Assembly (NCBI GenBank): GCA_008632985.1 | Contig: QPGO01000087.1 | Coordinates: 248,001 to 312,000 of the forward strand | DNA: 64,000 bases | Reading direction: 5' to 3' | Source of the DNA: Psammoneis japonica | Taxonomy: Eukaryota | Part shown: positions 1 through 11,814 of the stretch, piece after piece | Position numbering within the stretch: position 1 is the first letter of the stretch | Layout of the letters: each line of letters starts with the position of its first letter | Notes under the pieces: model-generated | What the model was told of the DNA's origin: nothing | The model's input: only the letters and a program-made list of their open reading frames with translations | The model's database searches: none | Position numbers and translations under genes: made by a program

Positions 1-1390
1 TAAAGATTTTATCAACCAAGGTTTCAGGGAGGAGAAAGTAATCAAAGAGCCGCAAGATGGGTAAGACAGTACACCCCATCAGTTTCTCCATACAACTGGG
101 AGTATCGGACTCTCTCTCATGAACCATCTGATCAACCGCAACTCGTACTTCGTCTTCACTGTCCATGTTGACGCTCTTGGGTAGCTGCCTTCGAAGCTTT
201 TCCCTGTAAATTCGACGCAGAATTAACTTATGTACAAGGTCGCCATTGTTTAAAGCAATCGTGACAACTGTCACCTGCTTTTCCGCAAACTGACTAAAGA
301 ATTCACGCCACTCCTCGGGATCAAGAGCGTCAGGCGGTGGGTTCTTCACTAAGACACTGTAGTCAGTGCTCGTAAGCTTGTCTTCATCGAATCTGATTTC
401 ACGAAGTCGCTGATACCAGCCAAGTAGGATAACGGACACCATTATGAACAAGAAGGATGCCCAATTGACCATACCCTGCCCCAGCTCTGCTCCCAAGCAA
501 TCGTTGCGAAGGGCAAACACCAACTCGTTCCCTTGACTGTCTTCCCCGATTGCCAAGCGACCGCCGTCTTCGTCGAAGCGGTCTTCAGTGCAGCCTTCTG
601 AGCAGACAACCCATTCAGTTCTAGTACATACCGTTGAGCCATCGAGAGCAAATGGGAGATCACCTGGTCTCTCTCCGCTGTACTCTGTGCTGCTATAGTA
701 CGTGATGTTTGCAATGTTGATTAGCCCAGCGATAAGAAAAATAAACGCCATAATCCTTACGGTAGTAAAGTACACCCCCACTCCGAGTCCCCATTCATTG
801 AGACGGGACTCTGGAGTCATCCATGGCGAGTACAGTTCTGTGTAAATGTTTTTCTCCGGATCATCGCGTTGTCCGGGTTCTGCACGCTGAAGCTCGCCTT
901 GAGAGCCCTCTCCAACGAAATGGCGGGCCAGAGTAATGTGCTCATAATATGCCCAAGCCTTTCTCAAAGAAGGGCCATTTTCGCCAGCAAACTTCTGAGG
1001 AAAGTACCATTTTTTCTGAGAACGAGGTGAAGACAACGGGCAAGAATGTGAGTCGCGCGAACACGAGGCAACGATACGATTCCTTTCTATTCAACCGTTT
1101 GATTCATCTCTATATCACGGCCAAACATCTTTACTCACATCTATCAAGAATTTTTCCACAAATCGTCTCGATAGAGTTTGTCGCTTCGAATCTTCCGTCT
1201 CGGTATCTTGCAACAACCGCTCAATTTCAGCTTCCGAGAGGAATCCGCCACCGGGTGAGCTGAACTGGCCACGGCGAGAAGGGACGTGGGGCTGCGATAG
1301 ACCTGAGGATGGAAGCCGAGTCACATACGGTAACTCGCTGCCGGCCTTGGTTGCCTCGCCGCCGTCTTTTTCCTCTTGTTCCGTTGACAT
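1..1390 (-). CDS. CSC1/OSCA (TMEM63/ERD4-like) or TMC-like membrane channel protein, 5' part; runs off the window edge
   Basis: Exon 1139-1390, GT-AG intron 1016-1138, then an open frame to base 1 reading KKWYFPQ...AWAYYEHITLARHF...LYSPWMTPESRLNEWGLGVGVYFTTVRIMAFIFLIAGLINI...EDKLTSTDYSVLVKNPP. The G-GxxxYF TM start and DYSVxVxNPP motif are typical of this channel superfamily. Not in the ORF track. Confidence 0.7.
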
Positions 1391-1971
1391 GGTCGGTCTA
1401 CGAATCGGGTCGGTAGACTATGCAAGTGTGTGAATGGAATGGCCGTTTGCAGTTAGTTGCGCTTCTGGAGTTCGTGTCCCGGCCGTTGTTCTCGACGTCG
1501 CGGTTCGCGGTCGGTTACGACGGTTTGGTGCGAAGAATGAGTCGTTCGACTCGAATTTGACCGGTTCAAATTGGATTGAAAAGAAATAGACTAGGCTACT
1601 CTAGAAGGACTTTAGAGGCCTTGAAAATCGAAGAACGAAGCTCAATGATCCTTTATCGCGAAGGTAGGTCAGGGAGGATATTCAGTTCCTGCTGCACCTC
1701 AGATGAAAATTGGCACAGTACGACGCATGATACCGGTATTAATCAGTCCATACGCGACATCGTAGCCATACTTGTTGTTCTTTTTGGTGCTCTACTGTAC
1801 CGTAGAGTGATTGTCTAGCTACCACACTCTCGACTACAACTACTTCTACCGTACATTGCAATACCTGCAGAAACATTATCATTTTTTGATGGTTTTTAGT
1901 TAAACATAAGATGAACACAGAGGTATTTACAAGATCAAATATTATGATCCATGAAATGAAGAGCCGCAGTA

Positions 1972-2137
1972 TTGGTCGCCCAATAGAAAACGCCCGAACC
2001 TCCCAGGGTATTTCCGCTCGATGAGTCTCCCAAAGTTACAAGATCATATATGATCCAAGAGAAAGAAGAGCCACGACATTTGTCGCCCAAAAGAAAGCAC
2101 CCAAGCCTCCAAGGGTATTCGCGCTTGATGAGTCTAC
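1972..2137. repeat. Diverged ~60-nt direct repeat (period ~108 nt) duplicating the 3' end of the metalloprotease
   Basis: DSSSANTLGGLGAFFWATN (2080-2137) versus DSSSGNTLGGSGVFYWATN (1972-2030) on the minus strand. Confidence 0.8.
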
Positions 2138-3534
2138 GACCGGGGATGCTTCGATTCTTGCCCGTGCGACACGGTCGCATCCGGTAGTCTCGAGCTTTGC
2201 CAGGACAGTGTCGATGGATGTTTGAGCAATACCATCGGTACCTCGTGACACAAACTCTCTCATGATGAACTGTCCGTGATCGACGACGAGATGTCTAAGT
2301 CCCATGATGTGTCCTGAGAATATATAAGGCGCAAGCATTGCACCAATATTAGTGAGAATGAAAGAAGGATCGCATCGTGCTTCTTCCGAAGTAATGTGCT
2401 TACCTGTCTCGTGAGCGAACATAATCATGCGTCCCCTCAAGTTTCCAAACCGCATATAATCAACAGCTGTAGCCCAGTCCGATTTGCAGAGTTGTCCACG
2501 GTATGCGCATCCAACGGCTGCACTTTCAATCTTTGCTCCAGTGAACAGGTGCACGAGAGCCGCATTATGAATTCCTTGGGAAGCCCTTTCTTTCTGAAGC
2601 CATAACGTGAATCGATTAAGAAGGTTGTTTTGCCCATGGCAGGCTCTTTCGGTGGGAAAAATCTAAAGGGATCAGTTCCAACGTCGCAGTTTCCTTTGAT
2701 GTTCGTAACGACAAACTTCAAACACATATCATTTTCGTAGTATTGAGATGCACCGGCCACAGTTTTGAGAACCTCCTGATACGCTCCACGTGGGCCACCG
2801 TGCATGTTGCAAAACAATGCATCGTACACAATGGCAATTTTAACAGTCTTGAACCTGCTGCAGTCCCTACTATGACCATCACCACGTTTGTACTTCCAAG
2901 TAAGTTCTCGTGAAGTAACATTAATTGTCCCAAGGTCTTCCAACGGTACACTCATTCCCACTGCCGTCGGCGGCTCCATATCATCGTTTTCCTCCGTTTC
3001 CATAGAACGCAGATTGCGTCCACCGTTCTTGGGGGGCATGACCGTATCACCCTTGTAAGCTGTGCCCAGTCCTCCTAGGTCTGTGTCTTCAAAGGTCTCG
3101 AAAGTTTGACCGTCCTTCTTGACCAACAGCGTGGTTGGGATGTGCTTGCCATCGGGGCCCTTACGGTGTACCTCGGCGTATTCGACTTCGCCTTGTTGAT
3201 CGTTATACATTTTGACAACAGCTCCATCGTCATATCTGACTTGAGAGACTGGAATATCAAAAGTTTCACCCGAGCGGACATCTAGCACCTGAGAGCCGTC
3301 GTCGTTGGCAACAAAGTATTCGGAATCAAACATATCGCTTTCAGGCCTGAGTTTTCCTTTAAAGGAATATTTGACACCGTCCGCAGTGGTAATGACGTTT
3401 TCCTTCAGAGATTGTTCAAATGTTTTGACATTTTTCAAGTCAAACTCTTCCAGCAGATGGGAGCTTGCAATGGCATCCGCTCCATGGAAGGTGGAAAAGG
3501 CCGTGAGGAAGAGAGCAGCTCGATGAAACATCAT
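2036..3534 (-). CDS. Secreted metzincin (reprolysin/M12B-like) zinc metalloprotease; one apparent 1-nt frameshift near 2660
   Basis: Signal peptide and long prodomain, then KTVKIAIVYD..FC. Removing the GT-AG intron 2314-2403 gives AHETG|HIMGLRH (HExxHxxGxxH) followed by a FIM Met-turn and a hydrophobic C-terminal tail. Confidence 0.85.
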
Positions 3535-4577
3535 GGCGGACAAACGAATTCACCTCGACACGGACACCTACAGCAAGGTTCCAATGAAGAAATCAAACAG
3601 TGTTAGCGCGGTGATGGTAAAGAGAATAAACTGAAACACAATGGTTGAAAGCAATCCTCAAATCTTAACGAGCCCTTCAATCTGTACGCGGAGGGAGGTT
3701 CAACAAGTTCAATCAACTTTGACGAAGCCTCAGCGACTTGAAAGCTTCTGGCTTCACTTACTTTGCCTTGAAAATTGTGAGCAGAAAAAAGTGGACGCTC
3801 TGTTGGTGGCAGTTGCATCGGCGGTTTTTTCGTCGATTTGTGAACCTGGATTTTCAAAAAAGTTGCGGGTGAAGATAGGGGCAATAGGCTTTATGTATTC
3901 GTTTTCTTTTGATGACCTGACTATAATAATGTTCTGAATAATATATATAAGGTTGTAGCCAGTAAATCAATACTAAAACGGAAACACAACGGTTAGTTGT
4001 TTAACGGATCGATTTTCCCGCTAAAAATCAACGTTCAAGACGTCCTCATACTTGCTCTGTAGACTTCTACACAACGATAGACGGTTTGCGTCTGTTAGTT
4101 GCAGGGACATTTTCGGAAAATTCCCGCCAGTATTGCTACGTAGAATTGTACGCATGCTCGTTTGGCCGTAGCACGTCTGAAGAAGGACTAATCATCGGAG
4201 TAGCTACGACGACTTGTTACGGTCGCTACAGATCTTGTTCCCTGGACTACAAGTCGTTTCTGCTAACTGACATAGCCCTAGTGGGTAACGACAAGATCGC
4301 CTCTAGAGTAGAGTCTAGAGTCTATCCTCCGTACCGGTACCGAAAGTTGGAACAAGTACTGTAGGCCTACTAGTTTAGCTTCTCCATCGTGGGTACAGTA
4401 GGGCGTACAGTACTCACAGGACTTTCGAACAGAACGAAGTTGTGTCGCGTACCGTATCTTTCCAAACCGAAAGAAGTTGCATTGTGTACCCGCGTGAGAC
4501 GACATAGACGGACGGCTTATTGCTAGTTCCTAGTAGTAGTAGTTAAATAACATCCACTGGCTTGAACGTCACCATGA

Positions 4578-5378
4578 CTAATCCACTTTGTTTGGTCTAG
4601 CATACAAATTAATTACAGACTTGGCCATTCTTCTAGGGACCAACTTTGACAGCGTTTCCTCCGCGGATTGGTTCTTGTCACAAAGCTCACGAATCAAAGT
4701 TGAAGATATGTGATTGTATTCTGGTTTACCTTCCAAGTAGTTTGTCGGAACTGGCCACCAAAGGGGACCTAGCAATAGGGGACCCCAGGTATTCAAAATC
4801 TGCAAGCTTCGTTCGTCTTGTCCATCCTTCTCCCAAGTACGAATTCCTCGAAAAAAGGTTGTCCAACCCTGCTTTTTTGCGTGACGCCAAATGTATCCCT
4901 GCACAACTACAATGCCAGAGTAATAACAACAAGTTGAATAAACTATTCCATGCAACACACACATTCCAGTGAAGTACGTTCTCATACCTTCCACACTGAT
5001 GCTATTTGCATATTCACTTTCTTGAATCATTTGTCGAATGAGACCGGCTCTTTCGTCAGGCGTAACTTGATAAGTTTTATCCGGATTGACTCCCACAACC
5101 GCAACGACCCGTTCATACCTGCAAGCCAGGTATTCGAGCATAGCAAGATGGCCGTTGTGCGGTGGGTTGTAGGAACCAGCCAAGACGACAACACGACGCT
5201 TGTCTCGTGATCGCTGACTTGCCGAGTCCGGAAGCTTCCATGGATACGAAACGATTGTGGGCCAAAGGATTGGTGGAATCAGCATCAACACAGCTGTCGC
5301 GAACGATGCCGCAGAAACGCAAGCAACAACCTGCCACCACTCCAGCGATCCCGAAAGAAATGACATGGAGGAACCCAT
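4578..5378 (-). CDS. coaD: Phosphopantetheine adenylyltransferase (CoaD-like cytidylyltransferase) with N-terminal TM segment
   Basis: VLAGSYNPPHNGHL (HxGH), VGVNPDK, FFRGIR, ISSTLIRE motifs. In-frame GT-AG intron 4907-4987. Confidence 0.85.
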   Translation of the reverse strand: MGSSMSFLSGSLEWWQVVACVSAASFATAVLMLIPPILWPTIVSYPWKLPDSASQRSRDKRRVVVLAGSYNPPHNGHLAMLEYLACRYERVVAVVGVNPDKTYQVTPDERAGLIRQMIQESEYANSISVEGMRTYFTGMCVLHGIVYSTCCYYSGIVVVQGYIWRHAKKQGWTTFFRGIRTWEKDGQDERSLQILNTWGPLLLGPLWWPVPTNYLEGKPEYNHISSTLIRELCDKNQSAEETLSKLVPRRMAKSVINLYARPNKVD

Positions 5379-5706
5379 ATCGAGTTTTATCGGCTGGTCC
5401 AACGAGTTCAAAGTGAGCTTCAGAAAACGAAGCCAAATTGCTGTGTACCGGCAAACCTCAGCGTTCAGCGTGTTGCAACTCTTCAACAACTCAACAGCAT
5501 GTCATCGCGCCATGGCCTCAACACGCTGCGCGCGCTACCGGTACCGGCATGGTGCGTCATGCGTCTCATTCGACTCAACATCTTTTCTGCCTTTTCTTGG
5601 CCTCTTGTTGCCTTCTTGTTCGCCATGAGCCATCATACTCAACACCGCAGAGCAAACGCAGATCGCAACAGCAAGCTAAAAAAGCACGCCAATCAATGAC
5701 AGCTTA

Positions 5707-6720
5707 GTGTCGCATGCCACCAAGGAAGACATGGCTCGCCTGGAAGCACCCGATGCTGCCGCGAGAGCTCAAGCCACCGAATCAGGCAAAAGCCATGGGA
5801 AAGTCAAAGGCGGTGTTCGCTGGGTGACAACTCAAGGGTTGCAGAGTGAAGCAGGGAAGAAATTGAATGGCATGCTTGGAAAGGTGCTGACTCAAGAGGC
5901 GAACGATGAAGGACGGCATCAGCTTCAAGTGGACGGCATCAAACAGATGAAGCTTGGCTTTTGTGCACCCGCCAATTCGGAAAATGTCCCACAAGCAGAT
6001 TTGACAAGAGTGTGCCATCTTCCAAGTGATGGAGAACAGGAAATGCAGCAGGTCTTGATCTTCCCAAAAAGCCATCATTTGTTTGGAGGCTGTCCTCCTC
6101 TCATGGTTGAGAAAACCAAACCATGTCGAAGCTTGCATGATTGGGCTGAGTGCAACAATGTGTGGGCAACGTGGCTCAAGATTGAGCCACAGAGTGGCTT
6201 TGCACCTGCCGAATGGCAATCCTTTGCAGGGCCGGTTTGTGTTTGTTGGCCAGGTGGAGCCACTGATTTGTCTGGGGATGGGATGACAAGGATGCCACCA
6301 ATGAGTTCTTGAGTGCACTGTTTTGGATGGGCGACAGGCAGATGGACCAGCATTTGATCCACACACATGGTTGAACCCCGGTTTCTTCCTCAAGTTTCTT
6401 CGGGACCTCAAACATGCGAGGGAGCATTCTAACATGGGCTCAGCTTTGGAGGGTCTGACCATTGTTGATTCATTGGACAGGACAGTTGTGCTGCAGAACT
6501 GGGCTGGCACAGGTTGTGTGGCAGCAGTCTCTTTCCAGAGATGAAAGGCGGCATTGTTGAGGCACTTTGTGATGACAAACTGTTGCACAGCAAGATCTGC
6601 ATTGTCACACTCTTCAACTCCATCATTTGGCAAGATGGTGTTCGTTGGGTGACCATTCAAGGGCTTCAGAGTGAGGTGGGGGGGGACACAGCACCTTTTG
6701 TGAGTTGCTGAATTTCTTTC
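5707..6720 (+). pseudogene. Hypermutated (TpA/CpG-depleted) copy of a hypothetical-protein gene
   Basis: VxxQGLQSEAGKKLNGxLGKV...GRHQLQV and WATWLKIEPQSGFAPAEWQS motifs with no Tyr, broken frames and an internal repeat (5812-5849 vs 6637-6674). Confidence 0.6.
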
Positions 6721-7109
6721 GAACCTTCGCTGGCATCATGAGAGATTTGGGTGTGTTTCGATGAAATGCAAAGAGCGACTTCTGTCAGCTGGCTAACTCT
6801 TCTCTCTCTAGTAGAGAGAGAGGTTACCTCTGCTGCTAGCTAGAGCCACTTCTAGAGTAGAGCTCTAGAGAGCAGCGCTGTACAGTAGAGAGACATCGGC
6901 ACTTCGTTCGTACAGTAAAAGCAGTGGGGCGGCATACGACGCGACGGGCAGACCGACCCGCGATCTGTTTGGTCGTGTTTCCAGTTTTGTGTTTTGGGTT
7001 TGTTCGAAAAGGTGCCGCGAAAACAACACAATCCGTGAGTGACCACAACATTTCACAATACAAGTATTGGACTGCGGTCAAGACAAGATAACCTCAGATC
7101 AGCAAGAAT

Positions 7110-7742
7110 ATGATAATCTTTGGTACAAGGCATTTTGGCGGAACCGACAGGGTGCCCGGACTGTTTCATGTTTCGACACGATTCTTTCACATTGATTTCA
7201 TCCCTCTGGTGCCCATCGGGAGCTACTTGCTACTGGAGGAAGGTTCTACTGGCATGGCCTCAAGGGGTATTGAAATAGAACTGAGTTGCAAGTCCATTCT
7301 AATCGCCTGGGCACGTTTCTTTGGGTTTGCTGCCGCATTTGGCACTTTTTGCTGGTTCCTGATCTGCGTCTCGGACGATGAAGTTAGCGCCTTAAACACC
7401 GGGGTGGCTTTTTGCGCCTTTCTAATGGCCACCATGATTACTATTTTTCTAATGTGCAACAAATGGATGCGAAACGCGAGCTATCAACGTGCCACCGAGC
7501 TCTGTTCAAAATTGGGGCCCACAATTGGGCCGTTGGCGCAGCGAATTGTAGATGACCACTTTGGGCAGGCGGGATTTTTGCCTGTAGCCGTGGAGATCGA
7601 TGATGACAAGGACTCCCTGCCAATTGTTAGAGTTCCAATGAATAATGTAGAGTTGGTGGAGACTGAGGACCAAAACGAAGACACTAAAGCTCCTCCGGAA
7701 AGCACTCAATCACAAGCTGATGGTTCGTTAGAAATTGTCTAA
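7110..7742 (+). CDS. Hypothetical membrane protein (MIIFGT...FFHI.FIPL.P N-terminal family, two further TM helices)
   Basis: Intact 210-aa single-exon ORF with normal codon composition and hydrophobic helices. Confidence 0.75.
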   Translation: MIIFGTRHFGGTDRVPGLFHVSTRFFHIDFIPLVPIGSYLLLEEGSTGMASRGIEIELSCKSILIAWARFFGFAAAFGTFCWFLICVSDDEVSALNTGVAFCAFLMATMITIFLMCNKWMRNASYQRATELCSKLGPTIGPLAQRIVDDHFGQAGFLPVAVEIDDDKDSLPIVRVPMNNVELVETEDQNEDTKAPPESTQSQADGSLEIV

Positions 7743-8273
7743 CTTCAGAGGCTTTGTGATGCCGAATGTTCCCTATCGTAGTCGTTTGTAAATACTGCAT
7801 TGAATACACAAACAGTTTGGTACCTTGTGACTCTAACCTCAAGCTTCACAGATGTAGAATGCACGTACACGTGCAATTAATGTCGTATTTCCTTTTTGTT
7901 TTTGCACAGCCGATTACTCGAAGTAGCCTATAACGCCTTTGATGAAGCGTAATGAATACGAAGATCAAATAAATCGAATCAAATACAGTGTATGGAACGA
8001 AACAATAGGCCCTAGCTAGAGGCTACTAGTAGTAGATAGGAAGGCGGGAAAGGTGAACTGGACGGTGAAGGAGAAAAAAAGGGCGGGATCGTCGTCCATC
8101 CCTCGTCCGCCAGGTTTCTCTCCTCCTTTATTCCCAACGTCCAACGTGTCACGAGACGACGATGACATGAGAGGCGATGCCCTGCAAAATCGACGCCCGT
8201 GATCTGTTTCTGTCATTATCAGAAGCTCGCTAATTCGCTGCTCAAGAGAGTAGCTTATGAAAATGAAAAAAGA

Positions 8274-10384
8274 ATGAGCCAAACTAATGACGACGAGCAA
8301 AACATTTCGACAACTACTTACTCCGGCTATTCTTGTGTGGTGGTCGCCGCCGATGAAGAAACTCCTTTTTCAACCCGAATTGTTGCATCGGCTGAGGAAT
8401 GGTCAATTCTTCTTGATTCTGAATTAGGTGATAGCGTGAAAGTAACTCCTTTGATAAGACCAAGTTCTGGCGACGCTGGTCTTTTTGCCTTTGCCTCCCT
8501 CCCCACAAATCAGAATAGTCTAGAAGACCAAGTTCCAAACACGCGAGCAACATGCTTGGCCATGGCATGTGGGTTGTTCTCTTTAAGGTTCCTCGGGAAA
8601 GTAATTTTGGTTCGCTGTCGTGCGTTCTTGACTGATGAATTCAAGACAATCAAAGATGAGGAGAAATTTGTATCCCTCACGAGCCAAGAAGTTGCGGGCG
8701 CATGCTTGTCACCGGATTTAAGACACAGCATCCAGAAAATTCTTGTCGGTGATTCAATGCGCGATAATCAGACAAGCTTGGCATCACCTTCTTGGCTGGC
8801 GAACGCTTCTCAACCCAACTATCATGATGCCTCCACGATGGCCCGGTTAGCCACCGTCATGTCCCCAACTAATAGTGAGCCTCTCGCAGAGGATGATTCC
8901 AGTGCCACCTCGAGTTCTTCGATTCAGCCAAGCGGAGAAACGAAGGACACTCGGAAGGACGAAACGTATCAGGAACTTGAATCCAACCTCAATGACAATA
9001 AGCACTTTATTGCTCGATCTTCTCTTTGTCTGCATTGTCGCGGTCCAACGAGCGTTCTTTGTCCGGATTGCAAAGGCGCGTATTTCTGTGATAAACCACG
9101 AACATGTCGTGAAACTGGGTAAGATGATACCGCAACGTTTCCATCCAAATACTTCTCAGATGATTGAATCCTTTCTGCTGAAGTATTTAGCTTATACCTC
9201 CAATTCTCTGTCCTTTAAGGTGGTCTCATACTTGCCTTTGTCGCACTTGGAAGCTCTATTGTGATCGTCGGTCTGAATTATCCTTGTTTCCTTTTGATAG
9301 CTGGCATAATGAGCTGTTAGAGCGCCAGTGCCAGCTATCTGAAGAGCCCTATTGTAAATTCCTGGAACGACTGGGAGTTTCATTCGAAACCGGGTGGTGG
9401 ACAACGGAAAGTGATGGATGGTCAGGCGGAGAAAGTCAAAGTGCAAAGACAATTGATATTTCTGTCCGGCGTAGTTTTGCCAATGGGTTTGCTCCTGTCA
9501 AAGACTTTCCTGAAGAACGTTACGTACAGCCGGAGGATGTCGAACGCTGCCAAGGACGGGAACCTTTACATCGAAATCGATGCGGACTCTTGCTCGTGTC
9601 GTCGTGGCAGCAGTATTACGAGTTGAGAAATATACCTCTTTCGAGTCCAGTGGCTCCATTGTTAACATTTCCTCTCACTCTGTACTACGCCATTTCGAAA
9701 TATGGGGAGGTTCCCGTGACGGTGTCGTGTATGCTAAAGCGACCACTTCGTGTTCACGTTGTTGGAATCGAAAAGGAACTCAACTTTATGGACATTTTCA
9801 AGGAAGTTGGCTTTTTGCTTCCAGAGGACGTGCAGGTAATTTGAATCGCGACAAGTTTCAAATGGGCTGGCATATGCTATCTAAGCTTGCCTGACAGAAT
9901 AGATCATTTTCTCACTCAATCATTCTTCAAACTGAACACTCTCTAGGTTGAACTCGTATTTGTCGTGAGAGAAGACATGCTGCCAACAAAGTTGAAGGAC
10001 AGTCAATCTACGATTGAGATTGACCTTACGACAAACCTGACATTAATCCTTGTGAGCGGAACCTACGGTGACAGCTTGGATCCCAATTTTGATTGCGGAA
10101 GTGGTGCGCCCGACATGGTTGTCGGCTTGAATGCGGGTTTGTTTGCATACGAGTCGTGGCGAAGCGTTGTCTCCTATCTGCATCACCACAATGGAGTGGT
10201 GGGCGTTTTCACGGATTACAATGAACACAGTGGACAAAACTGCGCAAGCATTGGTGGTGCCAGGGAGAGTCTTGTTGTCAATCCCTTTCGTCAACCGAGG
10301 GCAATGAAAACATACTGCATGAATCTTCCTCAGTTTAGCAACGGCTTTATCTACGTATACAATGAGCAGGAGCTAGATATGTAG
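8274..10384 (+). CDS. MYND-type zinc finger / MSS51-like (ZMYND15-like) protein
   Basis: CLHC..CPDCKGAYFC..C...W.H.C.C finger across intron 9119-9219. SWQQYYELRNIPLSSPVAPLLTFPLTLY and VHVVGIEKE. Second intron 9836-9946. GLNAGL...W, NPFRQP, SNGF C-terminal motifs. Confidence 0.85.
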
Positions 10385-10461
10385 CTTAAAGGTAGTAGCA
10401 GAACATTGTGTTTCTCTTGCGCCTACTAGCGTTCTTCTAGTTTAGCAAATACACCCGTACA

Positions 10462-11579
10462 CTACTCTTCGTCTGGAAGCAGGCACTTATCTGCGACATA
10501 CGCTCCAATCGGAGCACCAAGAAGGGGTCCAACCACGTACACCCACCATCCCTGAAAGGCAATCTTGCCCCACCCCGCCATGCCGGCAACGATACGGGGG
10601 GCAAAGTCACGAGCAGGATTGAATCCGGCCTGCGTCAGTGGCGCAATCACGCAAATGAGCGCCCCCACCGTGATGCCAACAAGGGGCGGAATCAAACTGG
10701 AGTCCTTGACGGTATCGTTTCGTGGGTTGGTGAGCGAAAAGACAACAAAGGATAGAACCGCGGTACCAAAGGCTTCTGCCAGCAACGCAATCGGCCACGT
10801 GATTGGAGCTCTGTGCACACGAAATGATGTGTAATGCAAAAATTGAAAAATAAGCCGAGGAAATGTATATCAGCAACGAAAACACGTGTGGTTTCCCCGT
10901 ACTCACGCAAAGTACTCCCCAAAGCACTTTGCACTCGCCACACTCGCGGTAGCACCTCTCACAATGCTATTTGCCTTTTCAAATTCTGCAATCTTGCTAC
11001 CAAACAAAACCAGATTCATTCCCGCCGCAAGCACGCCACCGGCCAATTGTGCGAGACAATAGGGAATCACCTTGGTCCAGCCAAACGCCTTGTTTGGTCG
11101 CAGCAGAGCCAGGCAAACGAAATGGCTGGATTCAAGTGAGCACCCGAAACGGACGCTGTGGTGGAGATTGCAACAGTCACGGCAAAGACCCACACGGCGG
11201 CAATTTGAAACAAACCCACCAAAGCATTATCGTACACGACAGACATTACGGATCCAGTGCCGAGCGACACTAAAAGAAAAGTCCCCAGGAGTTCCGCCAG
11301 CATTTCGCGTCCCAGATTGGAATTGTTGGTATTCTCGCTTTCATCCTTTGACCCTGCTCGCAGTCCAAGTGTATATTTTATCAAATTGCTGCCTTGATTG
11401 CGAGTTGTCGTCAGAGGCTCGAATTTGCCTCTATTGGAAGCGTCCTGTTGGATCGATCCGCGATGAGCGGAAGCTTGACGGCAATGCCTCGACGTGACCG
11501 AAAAGGCTGCCGCAGCCGACGATCCATTTGTCACTGCCGCAAGCAGCAGAATACACGATGCCAACATGGACCTCATCAT
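10462..11579 (-). CDS. MIP-family aquaglyceroporin with bipartite plastid-type presequence; apparent 1-nt frameshift near 11112
   Basis: AELLGTF, SGAHLNPA, AEAFGT, GFNPARDFAPR, WVYVVGPLLGA. Intron 10811-10906. Signal peptide followed by AAAF-S. Confidence 0.92.
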
Positions 11580-11814
11580 TTAGCATTTCTCTTTTACAAA
11601 ACCGTCACAACCCCACTGTCATGAATGGCGAGATCGACTGGAAACTAAAATGATGAGTAAAAAAAAAGAGTCAAAAAGATCGCGATCTTTTTGCGATCTT
11701 CACGAGAAACTACTGCTTCACCCGATGATGCGCAGTTGCGCGCCATTGGGATTTGGTGTCGTGGTGGCACTTTTTGTTGTCAATTTGCATGTTGTGCTTT
11801 CCGAAGACAATGTA

